From the NCBI GenBank assembly GCA_036275535.1, contig DASUDP010000124.1, positions 20,625 through 84,624 of the forward strand: a DNA stretch of 64,000 nucleotides, in the 5' to 3' direction. The notes below the pieces were generated by a model that was given only the letters and a program-made list of their open reading frames with translations, searched no databases and had not been told where the DNA came from. Positions 51,768 to 61,144 of this stretch are shown here, piece after piece (position 1 is the stretch's first letter; each line of letters opens with the position of its first letter). Source of the DNA: Acidimicrobiales bacterium. GTDB taxonomy: Bacteria; Actinomycetota; Acidimicrobiia; Acidimicrobiales; VFJN01. A program made the position numbers and the translations under genes.

Positions 51768-53537
51768 ATGCTGCAGCGTGAGATCGATCCCGAGATCCGA
51801 GCCGACGTCGAGAAGTTCGAGGTCCAGCTGGCCCGCTACCTCGCCGGCGACCTCGAGGAGGACGCCTTCCGGGTCTTCCGGCTGAACAACGGCGTGTACG
51901 GCCAGCGCCAGGGCGGCCAGAACCAGATGCTGCGGGTGAAGGTCCCGTACGGGTCGATCACCCCCGACCAGCTCGACACGCTGGCCCACATCGCCGACAC
52001 GTACAGCCGGGGCTGGGGCCACCTCACGACCCGCCAGAACGTGCAGTTCCACTTCGTCCAGCTCGAGCAGGTGCCCGCCGCGCTGTGGGACATGGCCTCG
52101 GTGGGCCTCACGTCGCGGGAGGCCTGCGGCGACACGGTCCGCAACGTCATCGGCTGCCACCTGGCCGGCGCCTGCCCCTACGAGGCGCTCGACATCAGCG
52201 CCTGGGCCGAGGCCGCGTTCCAGCACTTCCTGCACCACCCCCTCGCGCAGCGCCTGCCGCGGAAGTTCAAGATCAACTTCTCGGGCTGCGAGACGGACTG
52301 CGGCCAGGCCATGTTCAACGACGTCGGCGTGATCGCCACCACCCGCACCCTGCCCGACGGCACGCGGGAAGCTGGCTTCCGGGTGTTCGTGGCCGGCGGG
52401 CTCGGGGCCAACCCGCACGCCGCGCTGGCCCTCGAGGAGTTCACGCCGCGCCAGGAGCTGATGGCGACGATCGAGTCGATCCTGCGGGTCTTCTCGAACC
52501 ACGGGAACCGGGACAACAAGCTCCGGGCCCGCATGAAGTGGCTCGTCCAGACCATGGGCTGGGAGGAGGTGCAGGCCCGCATCCTCCGTGAGCGCAAGCT
52601 CCTGGTGGCGTCGTCGAGCTGGCCCGGCGGCATCCCCGAAGCGGTCCTCAAGGCGGGCGACGAGCCGGCCGGCCTCGGCCACGGCGTCGTCCCCACACCC
52701 GTCGGACAGGGCACCCCGGTGACCTTGCGCCGCCGAGACCCGCAGCAGGCCTGGGACGACGCCAACGTCATCCGGGGCACCGCCAAGGGCACGGTCTCGG
52801 CCATCGCCTACGCCCGCCTCGGCGACATCACCTCCGCCCAGTTCCGCGCCCTCGCCGCCGTCCAACGGGAGCTGGGCGCCGACATCCGCATCACCAACCG
52901 CCAGAACCTCGCCTTCCGCGGGCTGTCCGAGAGCCAGCTCCCAGTCCTCTACGAGCGCCTGTCGGCCATCGGCATGGCCGAGCCGGGGGCCGAGCTGGCC
53001 CGCGACGTCGTCGCTTGCCCCGGCGCCGACACCTGCAACCTGGCCGTCACGCAGAGCCGGGGCCTGGCCGACGCCATCGGCACGGCCCTCGACGACGCCG
53101 GCCTGGCCGACGTCGGTGGCGTGCGCACCAACATCTCGGGCTGCACCAACAGCTGCGGGCAGCACCACATCGCCGACATCGGCTTCTCGGGAGCCGAGCG
53201 CCGAGCCCACGGCCAGTCGGCGCCGGGCTACACGATGCTGCTCGGCGGCTACGTCGGCCAGGAGCAGGTCCACTTCGGCGACCGGGCCCTGCGGCTTCCC
53301 GCCAAGGCGGCACCGCAAGCCGCCGTCCGGGTGATCGCCCGCTTCAACGAGGAGCGCCAGCCGGGCGAGGTCTTCCGCGCCTGGATGGACAGGGTGGGCG
53401 GGGCCAAGGCCATCGCCGCCGGGCTGGCCGACCTCGACGAGTTCCCCACCCCCGACGCCGCCCCCGACTTCTACGTGGACTACGGCGAGACCGGGCCGTA
53501 CGTGGCGGAGACCGGCGAGTCGGAGTGCGCGACGTGA
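51768..53537 (+). CDS. sirA: Ferredoxin-dependent sulfite reductase (NirA/SirA family, siroheme + 4Fe-4S)
   Basis: Duplicated nitrite/sulfite reductase ferredoxin-like and 4Fe-4S/siroheme domains (TTRQNVQFHF, SREACGDTVRNV, VACPGADTCNLA, SGCTNSCGQHHIADIG). It is followed by cysH. Confidence 0.85.
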   Translation: MLQREIDPEIRADVEKFEVQLARYLAGDLEEDAFRVFRLNNGVYGQRQGGQNQMLRVKVPYGSITPDQLDTLAHIADTYSRGWGHLTTRQNVQFHFVQLEQVPAALWDMASVGLTSREACGDTVRNVIGCHLAGACPYEALDISAWAEAAFQHFLHHPLAQRLPRKFKINFSGCETDCGQAMFNDVGVIATTRTLPDGTREAGFRVFVAGGLGANPHAALALEEFTPRQELMATIESILRVFSNHGNRDNKLRARMKWLVQTMGWEEVQARILRERKLLVASSSWPGGIPEAVLKAGDEPAGLGHGVVPTPVGQGTPVTLRRRDPQQAWDDANVIRGTAKGTVSAIAYARLGDITSAQFRALAAVQRELGADIRITNRQNLAFRGLSESQLPVLYERLSAIGMAEPGAELARDVVACPGADTCNLAVTQSRGLADAIGTALDDAGLADVGGVRTNISGCTNSCGQHHIADIGFSGAERRAHGQSAPGYTMLLGGYVGQEQVHFGDRALRLPAKAAPQAAVRVIARFNEERQPGEVFRAWMDRVGGAKAIAAGLADLDEFPTPDAAPDFYVDYGETGPYVAETGESECAT

Positions 53538-54208
53538 GCCTGGTGGAGGTGGCCGAGTACACCGACGACGAGCTGGCCGAGCTGAACCGCGAGTTCGAGC
53601 GGCTCCCCGCCTCAAAGATCATCCAGTGGGCCGTGGACAGCTTCGCCCCTCACCTGTCGCTCAGCGCCTCGATGAACGACGCCGTGCTGATCGACCTCGC
53701 CACCAAGGTGCACCCGGCCATCGAGGTGGTGTTCATCGACACGGGCTACCACTTCCCCGAGACGCTCCAGACGGTGGAGACCGTGCGGCGCCGCTACGGG
53801 CTCAACCTGCGCATGATGACCGTCCCCCACCACGACGAGGAGCTCTGGAAGGTCGACCCGGAGAACTGCTGCTCGGCGGTCAAGGTGGGCCAGCTCGACC
53901 GGGCCCTGGAGGGCAAGGCGGCATGGATGAGCGGCCTGCGACGGGACGAGGCCGCCACCCGAGGCCAGGCCCCGATCGTGGCCCGGGACCTGCGGGGACT
54001 CGTGAAGATCAACCCCATCGCCACCTGGACCGATCTCGACGTGGAGGGGTACATCGCCGACCACGACGTGCCGGTCAACCCGTTGCGGCACCAGGGCTAC
54101 CTGTCGATCGGGTGCATGCCCTGCACGCAGCTCCCGACCGACCCGAACGACCCCCGCTCGGGGCGCTGGGCCGGCCGCGACAAGACGGAGTGCGGCATCC
54201 ACCAGTAG
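53534..54208 (+). CDS. cysH: Adenosine 5'-phosphosulfate / PAPS reductase (CysH), Fe-S cluster type
   Basis: GTG 53534 overlaps the sirA TGA. VVFIDTGYHFPET and the C-terminal KTECGIH motif. Cys pairs ENCCSAVKV and GCMPCT are typical of cluster-containing APS reductases. Confidence 0.85.
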   Translation: MSLVEVAEYTDDELAELNREFERLPASKIIQWAVDSFAPHLSLSASMNDAVLIDLATKVHPAIEVVFIDTGYHFPETLQTVETVRRRYGLNLRMMTVPHHDEELWKVDPENCCSAVKVGQLDRALEGKAAWMSGLRRDEAATRGQAPIVARDLRGLVKINPIATWTDLDVEGYIADHDVPVNPLRHQGYLSIGCMPCTQLPTDPNDPRSGRWAGRDKTECGIHQ

Positions 54209-54258
54209 CCCGGGCAGGGAGGGGGGCGGGTCCCGTCGAACCTGCCTGCGTGAGCCTC

Positions 54259-54447
54259 ATGGACCTGTTCTCGAGGCGGGGGGATGCGGACGGTGACGAT
54301 CTCCCGCGCCAGATGACCGACGCCGAGCTGCTGGCGTGGAGCGCCGCCCTCGGCGTCGAGCCGGAGCGGCCCCGGCGCCGGACGCCCCTGCGGGCGGCGG
54401 CGGAACCGCCGCGGCGCACGCGCCCGCTCGTCGCCGAACCGCGCTGA
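54259..54447 (+). CDS. Small hypothetical ORF (62 aa) downstream of cysH
   Basis: Third-position G+C is high in an otherwise unassigned 289-nt gap. There is no recognisable motif and no clear Shine-Dalgarno. In-frame GTG 54250 is an alternative start. Confidence 0.25.
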   Translation: MDLFSRRGDADGDDLPRQMTDAELLAWSAALGVEPERPRRRTPLRAAAEPPRRTRPLVAEPR

Positions 54448-54497
54448 GCCACCCCTGCGGCCACTGGTCCGGGCGGTCGGAGACCTAGCGTGCGGGG

Positions 54498-55907
54498 ATG
54501 GACGCCTTCCCCACCGCGCTCGAGCTGGCCGCCGCGATCCGGGGCGGTGAGCTGAGCCCCACCGAGGCCCTCGAGGAGACGCTGGCGCGCGCCGACCGGC
54601 TCAACCCTGCGATCAACGCCCTCACCTGGCGCGACGACGAGGACGCCCGGCGCCGAGCCCGCGCCGCCGACGACCTCGTCGCCGCCTCCGACCCGGCGGA
54701 GCTCCCGCCGTTCTGCGGGGTCCCCATCCCGATCAAGGACCTCACCCCCGTCGCCGGCTGGCCGACCACCTACGGCTCGGCCGGTGCCTCCGACGACCCC
54801 ACCCCCGAGAGCGAGCTCGTGGTCGAGGCCCTCGAGCGAGGCGGGTTCGTGCTGGCCGGCCGGACGAACACCCCGGAGTTCGGCCCCATCACGGCGGCCG
54901 AGAACGTGCGCTACGGCATCTCCCGCAACCCTTGGAACACGGACCACACACCGGGGGGCTCGTCGGGCGGAGCCTCCGCCGCCACCGCGGCGGGCATCTA
55001 CGCCATCGCCCACGCCAACGACGGTGGCGGCTCGATCCGCATCCCGGCATCGTGCTGCGGGCTCGTCGGGCTGAAGGTCAGCCGGGGGCGGGTGCCGGCG
55101 CGAGCGCAGGCCTGGGAGGGGGCGTCGGTGGAGGGGGTCGTCAGCCACACCGTGGCCGACACCGCCGCCGTCCTCGACGTCATCAGCGGTCCCGACCCGC
55201 TCGGCTGGTGGAACGCGCCCGCGCCGGCCCGCCCGTTCGCCGAGGAGATCGGGGCCCCGGTAGACCCGCTCCGGGTGGCCGTCGTCACCGAGACGGCGCT
55301 CGGGCTGCCCACCGACCCTGCCTGCGTCGAAGCCGCCGAGCGCACGGCCGCGGCGCTCGAGGCCGCCGGCCACCACGTCGTGGACGTGACCCCCGACTTC
55401 CACATCGACCAGTTCATCGGCCACTTCGTCACGGTCGTGAACTCCGGGCTGTCGGCCTACGACGACATGGTCGACTGGGCCCTCGTCGAGGAGCACAACC
55501 GGCTGAGCCGGGAAGCCGCGGCCGGGATCGACTCCATCACCTACGCCAAGGCCGTGGCCGCCCTCCAGCACTGGACGCGCGCCGTCAACGCGCAGTGGGG
55601 CGACCAGTTCGACTTGCTCGTCACGCCCACCATGGCCATCGAGCCCGCTCCCGCCGGGCAGGTCCTCGCCGAGGTGCAGGCCGACCCGGACGGGGTCTCC
55701 CCCACCGTCTTGCACTCCGTGCTGTTCACGGCCGTGTTCAACATGAACGGCCTGCCGGCCATCTCCCTGCCGGTGCACCAGAGCGAATCCGGGCTCCCGA
55801 TCGGCGCGCAGCTCGTGGCCGGACCGTGGCAGGAGTCGACCCTCCTGCGTCTGGCCGCCCAAGTCGAGCAGGCCCTCCCCTGGAGGGACCGCCACCCCGC
55901 GCTCTGA
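54498..55907 (+). CDS. Amidase-signature family amidase (GatA-like)
   Basis: GVPIPIKDL and GGSSGGASAATAAG amidase signature with the Ser-cisSer-Lys context. Confidence 0.85.
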   Translation: MDAFPTALELAAAIRGGELSPTEALEETLARADRLNPAINALTWRDDEDARRRARAADDLVAASDPAELPPFCGVPIPIKDLTPVAGWPTTYGSAGASDDPTPESELVVEALERGGFVLAGRTNTPEFGPITAAENVRYGISRNPWNTDHTPGGSSGGASAATAAGIYAIAHANDGGGSIRIPASCCGLVGLKVSRGRVPARAQAWEGASVEGVVSHTVADTAAVLDVISGPDPLGWWNAPAPARPFAEEIGAPVDPLRVAVVTETALGLPTDPACVEAAERTAAALEAAGHHVVDVTPDFHIDQFIGHFVTVVNSGLSAYDDMVDWALVEEHNRLSREAAAGIDSITYAKAVAALQHWTRAVNAQWGDQFDLLVTPTMAIEPAPAGQVLAEVQADPDGVSPTVLHSVLFTAVFNMNGLPAISLPVHQSESGLPIGAQLVAGPWQESTLLRLAAQVEQALPWRDRHPAL

Positions 55908-55917
55908 CGCGCTCCCG

Positions 55918-57402
55918 CTACGCCAGCAGGTCGACGAAGCGCTCGAGCTGCCGCAAGTTGCGGCACTCGTAGACGCCGTCGCAGTGGCTGGCGTACTCCC
56001 CCACGATCGAATCGCCGGTGTCCCAGTAGCTCTTCGGCTCGGGGTTGAGCCAGTAGAGGTGGCGGGCCTTGTTCTCGATCTCCTTCAGGACCCAGCTCTG
56101 CGAGGCGTGGTAGTTGTTCCGGGCGTCGCCGAGGATGAGCACGGTCGTCTTGGGACCGACCTCCTTGCCGTACTTGTTCCAGAACACCTCGAAGGCGTGG
56201 CCGTAGTCGGAGTGCCCGTCCACCCAGACCACATCGGCTTCGGTGTTGACCCGGTGGACAGCGTCGGCGATGTCCTCGACGCCCTCGAAGAGCCGCGTGA
56301 CCTCGTCGAGACCGTCGATGAACACGAAGGAGCGCACCTTCGAGAACTGGCCGGAGATGGCGTACACGAGGTGCAGCGTGAACCGGGCGAAGGCGGCCAC
56401 CGAGCCGGAGATGTCGGCGATGACGAAGATCTCGGGCTTGGAGGGACGGGGGTACTTGAACTTCGGCTCGGCGGGGACGCCGCCGTAGGAGAGGGAGTGG
56501 CGGACGGTGTTGCGGAAGTCGAGCGGACCCTTGCGGCCATGGCGGCGCTTGCGGGCCAGGCGCACGGCCAGCTTGCGGGTCAGCGGGTAGATGGCCTTGC
56601 GGAGCGACGCCATCTCCTCGCGAGAGGCGTGCATGAAGTCGACGTCCTCCGGCAGCGGCTTGCGCAGCGTCTTGGCCATCGCCTCGACGCCGCGGTCGGC
56701 CACCAGGGCCCGGCGGATCTCAGCCTCCACCTCCTTCTTGAGCTGGTCGATCCGGTGCTCGTACTCGTCCTGCTCGAGCCGCTCCTCGAGGGGGGTCAGC
56801 GGCTCGGGCGAGTCCTGCCGGGCCTGTTCCATGAGGCGCTCGAGGACGCCCTCGAGGTCGAGGTTCCGCAGCGTGCGGTACAGGTAGTAGGTGCCGCCCA
56901 CCGGGCGACCGGGCTCCATGCCGGCGAAGCGGCGCACCGACTGGCGGGCGACGGCGCGCATGAGGGCGTCGTCACCGCGCTGGAGCGCCTTGTAGAGCAT
57001 CTCGGCGATCTCCTCGGGCGTCATGGCCTCGCCCGAGCCGCTCCCCGTGCGGGACCCGTCGCCCTGCATATCCTGCTGCTGCTCGAGCTGCTCGAGGAGC
57101 TTGGCCAGCTCGTCCTCGTCGACATCGGCGATGTTGTACCGGGTGCCCCGGAGCGAGAAGTACACCTCGAAGACCGTCTCGAAGGCCCGCCAGTGCGAGT
57201 TGTTCTTCACCAGGGTGGCGGCCAGCGCGTACTTGAAGGCCTCGCGGTCCTCGAGCGGGATGTGCTTGACCGCCTCCATGGCGTCGATGTTCTCGCTGAG
57301 GCTCACCGGCAGCCCAGCCCGGCGCAGCTCCTGGATGAAGCCGGCCAGGAGCTCGGTGATGGCGGTCCCGGCAGCGCTCTCGGGGCGGACGACGTCGGTC
57401 AC
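55918..57402 (-). CDS. VWA-domain protein, CoxE-like (MoxR partner)
   Basis: C-terminal VWA region with PEIFVIADISGSVAAFARF (DxSxS MIDAS) and LILGDARNNY. It lies directly downstream of a MoxR-type ATPase gene. Confidence 0.75.
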   Translation of the reverse strand: MTDVVRPESAAGTAITELLAGFIQELRRAGLPVSLSENIDAMEAVKHIPLEDREAFKYALAATLVKNNSHWRAFETVFEVYFSLRGTRYNIADVDEDELAKLLEQLEQQQDMQGDGSRTGSGSGEAMTPEEIAEMLYKALQRGDDALMRAVARQSVRRFAGMEPGRPVGGTYYLYRTLRNLDLEGVLERLMEQARQDSPEPLTPLEERLEQDEYEHRIDQLKKEVEAEIRRALVADRGVEAMAKTLRKPLPEDVDFMHASREEMASLRKAIYPLTRKLAVRLARKRRHGRKGPLDFRNTVRHSLSYGGVPAEPKFKYPRPSKPEIFVIADISGSVAAFARFTLHLVYAISGQFSKVRSFVFIDGLDEVTRLFEGVEDIADAVHRVNTEADVVWVDGHSDYGHAFEVFWNKYGKEVGPKTTVLILGDARNNYHASQSWVLKEIENKARHLYWLNPEPKSYWDTGDSIVGEYASHCDGVYECRNLRQLERFVDLLA

Positions 57403-57407
57403 GGGGG

Positions 57408-58316
57408 CTACTTGCCTGCCGCAGCCTTGGAGATGGTGCCGTTCTCCTGCTCGAGCTCGCGCACGGCCTTGGCGATGTCGCTCTGGTACTTGAGCAGGAT
57501 GTTGATGGTGGCCTTGGCCGTCTCCGCGTCCACCGACTCGATGCCGAGGAGCAGCAGCGTGCGGGCCCAGTCGAGCGTCTCGGACACCGACGGCGACTTC
57601 TTCAGCTCCAGCTGGCGGATCGAGCGCACGATCCGGGCCACCTGGTCGGCCAGGGAGTCGGTGATGTCGGGGACCTTGGTGAGGACGATCTCCTTTTCAC
57701 GCTCGAGCTCCGGGTAGTCGATGTGGAGGAAGAGGCAGCGTCGCTTCAGGGCCTCGGAGAGCTCACGGGTGTTGTTGGAGGTGAGGAACACGAGCGGGAT
57801 CTGCTTGGCCGCCACGGTGCCGAGCTCGGGGATCGACACCTGGTAGTCGGAGAGGATCTCGAGGAGCAGGGCCTCGGTCTCCACCTCGACGCGGTCGACC
57901 TCGTCGATGAGCAGCACGACCGGGTCGTCGGCGGTGATGGCCTCGAGCAGCGGGCGGGTGAGCAGGAACTCGTCGGAGAAGATGTCGTCCTCGACCTCCT
58001 CCCACGTCTTCTCCTCGCCGCGCTCGGCCTGGATGCGCAGGAGCTGCTTCTTGTAGTTCCACTCGAACAGCGCCTTGGACTCGTCGAGGCCCTCGTAGCA
58101 CTGGAGGCGGATCAGCCGGGCGCCGGACATCTCGGCCACCGACTTCGCCAGCTGGGTCTTGCCAGTGCCGGCCGGGCCCTCCACCAGGATCGGCTTGCCG
58201 AGCCGGTCGGCCAGGAAGACGATGCCGGCGATCCCATCGTCGGAGAGGTAGTCCACCTTGCGGAGTGAGTCGCGCACAGCGGCGACGGACTCGAAGCGGT
58301 ACGAGGGTTCAGCCAT
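57408..58316 (-). CDS. MoxR-family AAA+ ATPase (CoxD-like)
   Basis: Walker A VEGPAGTGKTQLAK, Walker B VVLLIDEVDR, sensor region FLTSNNTRELSEALKRRC. Confidence 0.85.
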   Translation of the reverse strand: MAEPSYRFESVAAVRDSLRKVDYLSDDGIAGIVFLADRLGKPILVEGPAGTGKTQLAKSVAEMSGARLIRLQCYEGLDESKALFEWNYKKQLLRIQAERGEEKTWEEVEDDIFSDEFLLTRPLLEAITADDPVVLLIDEVDRVEVETEALLLEILSDYQVSIPELGTVAAKQIPLVFLTSNNTRELSEALKRRCLFLHIDYPELEREKEIVLTKVPDITDSLADQVARIVRSIRQLELKKSPSVSETLDWARTLLLLGIESVDAETAKATINILLKYQSDIAKAVRELEQENGTISKAAAGK

Positions 58317-58370
58317 CTCCGCAGGATAGAGGCCCTCTTGACCAGGCGGTCAATCGTGTTGCGCGTGCGC

Positions 58371-59624
58371 TCAGGTGCGGACCTGGCCCTCGCCGCGGAT
58401 CACGAACTTGAGGGTGGTGAGCTCACGCAGGCCCATGGGGCCGCGGGCGTGCAGCTTCTGGGTGGAGATGCCGATCTCGGCGCCGAAGCCCAGCTCCTCG
58501 CCGTCGACGAAGCGGGTGGAGGCGTTGACGAGCACCGCGGCGGCGTCGACCTCCTGGGTGAAGCGGTCGGCGGCCCGCAGGTCGCTCGTGACGATGGCCT
58601 CGCTGTGGCCGCTGCCGTAGCGGGAGATGTGGGCGATGGCGGCGTCGAGCGTGTCCACGACGCGCACGGCCAGCTTCAGGTCGAGGAACTCGGTGGCGTA
58701 GTCCTCGTCGGTGGCGACGCTGGCCACCCGGTCGCCCAGGATCTCCTTCGTCGCCTGGTCGCCCACCAGCTCCACGCCCTCGAGCTGCGGGACGAGCTCG
58801 TCGAGGAAGTTGGCGGCGATGTTGCGGTGCACGAGGAGCGTCTCGGCCGCGTTGCAGACCGAGGGCCGCTGGGTCTTGGCGTTGACGACGATGGCGGCGG
58901 CGGCGGCGAGGTCGGCAGAGGCGTCGACGTAGACGTGGCAGTTGCCGTCGCCGTCGATCACGTAGGGCACCGTGGCGTTGTCGAGGATCGACCGGATGAG
59001 CGAGGGCCCACCGCGGGGGATCAGGACGTCGATCGACTGGCGAAGCCGCATGAACTCGACGGCGGCCTCATAGCTGGTGTCCTCCACCAGCACGACCGAG
59101 TCCTCCGGCAAGCCGGCCTTGACGAGGCCCTCGCGCAGGGCGGCCGTGATGGCGGTGTTGGAGCGGATGGCACCGGACGACCCGCGCAGGAAGGCGGCGT
59201 TGCCCGACTTGAGGCACAGGCCGAAGGCGTCGCTCGTCACGTTGGGTCGGTTCTCGTAGATGATCGCCACGACACCGAGCGGCACCCGGACGCGCTGCAC
59301 CCGCAGCCCGTTGGGGCGGGTCCAGCCGTCGGCCACCTCACCCACGGGGTCGGGCAGGGCGGCCACCTTGCGCAGGCCGGCGGCCATCGACTGCAGCCGG
59401 GCGTCGGACAGGCGCAGCCGGTCCACGACGGTGGCGGTGGTGCCCGCCTCGTCGGCGGCGGCGACGTCCTGGCGGTTGGCCTCGAGGATCTCGGCGTGGC
59501 GGTCGAGGATCAGGTCGGCCGCCGCGAGGAGGGCCGCGTCCTTCTGCAGGGTGGAGGCGGAGGCGAGCACCCGGCTCGACGCCTTGGCGCGCGCTCCGAG
59601 GTCGGCGATGAGCTCAGCAGGCAC
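58371..59624 (-). CDS. proA: Gamma-glutamyl phosphate reductase
   Basis: GTG 59624 chosen inside track ORF 58371..59678. ILEANRQDV, RVPLGVVAIIYENRPNVT, CNAAETLLVH and GAEIGISTQKLHARGPMGL motifs. Confidence 0.9.
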   Translation of the reverse strand: MPAELIADLGARAKASSRVLASASTLQKDAALLAAADLILDRHAEILEANRQDVAAADEAGTTATVVDRLRLSDARLQSMAAGLRKVAALPDPVGEVADGWTRPNGLRVQRVRVPLGVVAIIYENRPNVTSDAFGLCLKSGNAAFLRGSSGAIRSNTAITAALREGLVKAGLPEDSVVLVEDTSYEAAVEFMRLRQSIDVLIPRGGPSLIRSILDNATVPYVIDGDGNCHVYVDASADLAAAAAIVVNAKTQRPSVCNAAETLLVHRNIAANFLDELVPQLEGVELVGDQATKEILGDRVASVATDEDYATEFLDLKLAVRVVDTLDAAIAHISRYGSGHSEAIVTSDLRAADRFTQEVDAAAVLVNASTRFVDGEELGFGAEIGISTQKLHARGPMGLRELTTLKFVIRGEGQVRT

Positions 59625-59724
59625 CCCGCAAGTGTACGGGGGCGGCCGGGACCGGACGGCATGGCAGGCTCTGGGCATGGGGTCGACGCAGGGAGCTGCG
59701 GGTCACGATGGCTGACCACGCCCG

Positions 59725-61140
59725 ATGAGCGAGTCGCTCGTCGAGCCGGCGCGGCGCTTCATCCAGGTGGTCGCCGCCGCCTTGGAGGACGTCGGCACGG
59801 GGGTCAGCGGGGTGCGACCCGACCGCTGGCACCAGGACGCCGTGCTCGAGGGGTTCAACCTCGTGGCCGGCCTCCTCGCCGCCGACGACGGGGTGAGCGA
59901 CGACGCGCTCTGGGAGGTCCTCGCCGCCTTCGGGCCCCTCTTGGAGACCCGCCTGGCCGGGGCCACGCCCGACGCCCTGCGCCGCTCGGGCCTCATCGAC
60001 GCCCAGCGGGAGTTCGCGGCGGCGCCCTCGGCGCTGTTCGAGGTGCTGCTGGCGGCCGACGGCCGAGGCGGCACCGCGCACGCCCGGGCCTACTACGGCG
60101 CCGCCGTCGACCTCGCCTTCGCGGTGGCCGCCATCGACCTCCACACCTCCGAGCGCGAGCTGCGCGTCATCGAGGGCTTCCGCGGCCGGCTCCTCGCCGC
60201 CATCACGGCCACGGAGGCCCGTCGAGGCGCGTCGGCTGTCCCCGCGCCCTCCCCCGCCCCCGCCGCGCCGCCGGCCGCCGACGCGCCTCCGCGCCCGCTC
60301 GACGACCTGCTGGCCGAGCTCGACGACCTGATCGGCCTCGACGGGGTGAAGCACGAGGTCAAGCTCGTCACCAACCTCCTGCGGGTGCAGCGGATCCGGG
60401 CGGAGCGGGGCCTGCCCACCCTCGACCAGAGCCGCCACCTCATCTTCACCGGCAACCCCGGCACCGGCAAGACCACCGTGGCCCGCCTGCTCGCCCAGAT
60501 CTACCGCACGCTCGGGGTCGTCCAGCGAGGCCACCTCGTCGAGACCGACCGCTCCGGGCTGGTGGCAGGCTACGTGGGGCAGACGGCGCCGCTCGTCACC
60601 CAGCGCTTCGACGAGGCCGACGAGGGCGTGCTGCTCATCGACGAGGCCTACGCCCTCGTGCGCGGCGGCGAGCGGGACTTCGGGCGAGAGGCCATCGACA
60701 CGATCGTGAAGCTGATCGAGGACCGCCGCGACCGCATCGTGGTCGTGATGGCCGGCTACCCGGAGGAGATGGACGAGCTCATCGCGGCCAACCCCGGCCT
60801 GCGGTCTCGGTTCCCCAAGTCGATCCACTTCCCCGACTACTCCACCGACGAGCTGCTCGCCATCATCGACTCGATGGCCGAGCACGGCGGCTACCGGCTC
60901 GACGACGGCGCCCGGGAGGCGGCCCGCCGGTGGCTCGACGCCGTGCCGCGCGACCGTGGGTTCGGCAACGGCCGCAGCGCCCGCAACCTCTTCGAGCACG
61001 CGGTGGCGACCCAGGCCACCCGCCTGGCCAGCGTCGACCAGCCAACGGACGCCCAGCTGACGGACCTGCAGGCCGAGGACATCCCCGCCCCGGGTGAGGG
61101 GCCGATCACGGCCGCCCGATGGCGCCTCGGTACGGTCTGA
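59725..61140 (+). CDS. CbxX/CfxQ/SpoVK-type AAA+ ATPase with an unassigned about 230-aa N-terminal helical domain
   Basis: LIGLDGVKHEVKLVTNLLRVQRIRAERGL, Walker A FTGNPGTGKTTVARLL, Walker B VLLIDEAYAL, and RIVVVMAGYPEEMDELIAANPGLRSRF. Confidence 0.8.
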   Translation: MSESLVEPARRFIQVVAAALEDVGTGVSGVRPDRWHQDAVLEGFNLVAGLLAADDGVSDDALWEVLAAFGPLLETRLAGATPDALRRSGLIDAQREFAAAPSALFEVLLAADGRGGTAHARAYYGAAVDLAFAVAAIDLHTSERELRVIEGFRGRLLAAITATEARRGASAVPAPSPAPAAPPAADAPPRPLDDLLAELDDLIGLDGVKHEVKLVTNLLRVQRIRAERGLPTLDQSRHLIFTGNPGTGKTTVARLLAQIYRTLGVVQRGHLVETDRSGLVAGYVGQTAPLVTQRFDEADEGVLLIDEAYALVRGGERDFGREAIDTIVKLIEDRRDRIVVVMAGYPEEMDELIAANPGLRSRFPKSIHFPDYSTDELLAIIDSMAEHGGYRLDDGAREAARRWLDAVPRDRGFGNGRSARNLFEHAVATQATRLASVDQPTDAQLTDLQAEDIPAPGEGPITAARWRLGTV

Positions 61141-61144
61141 CCCG

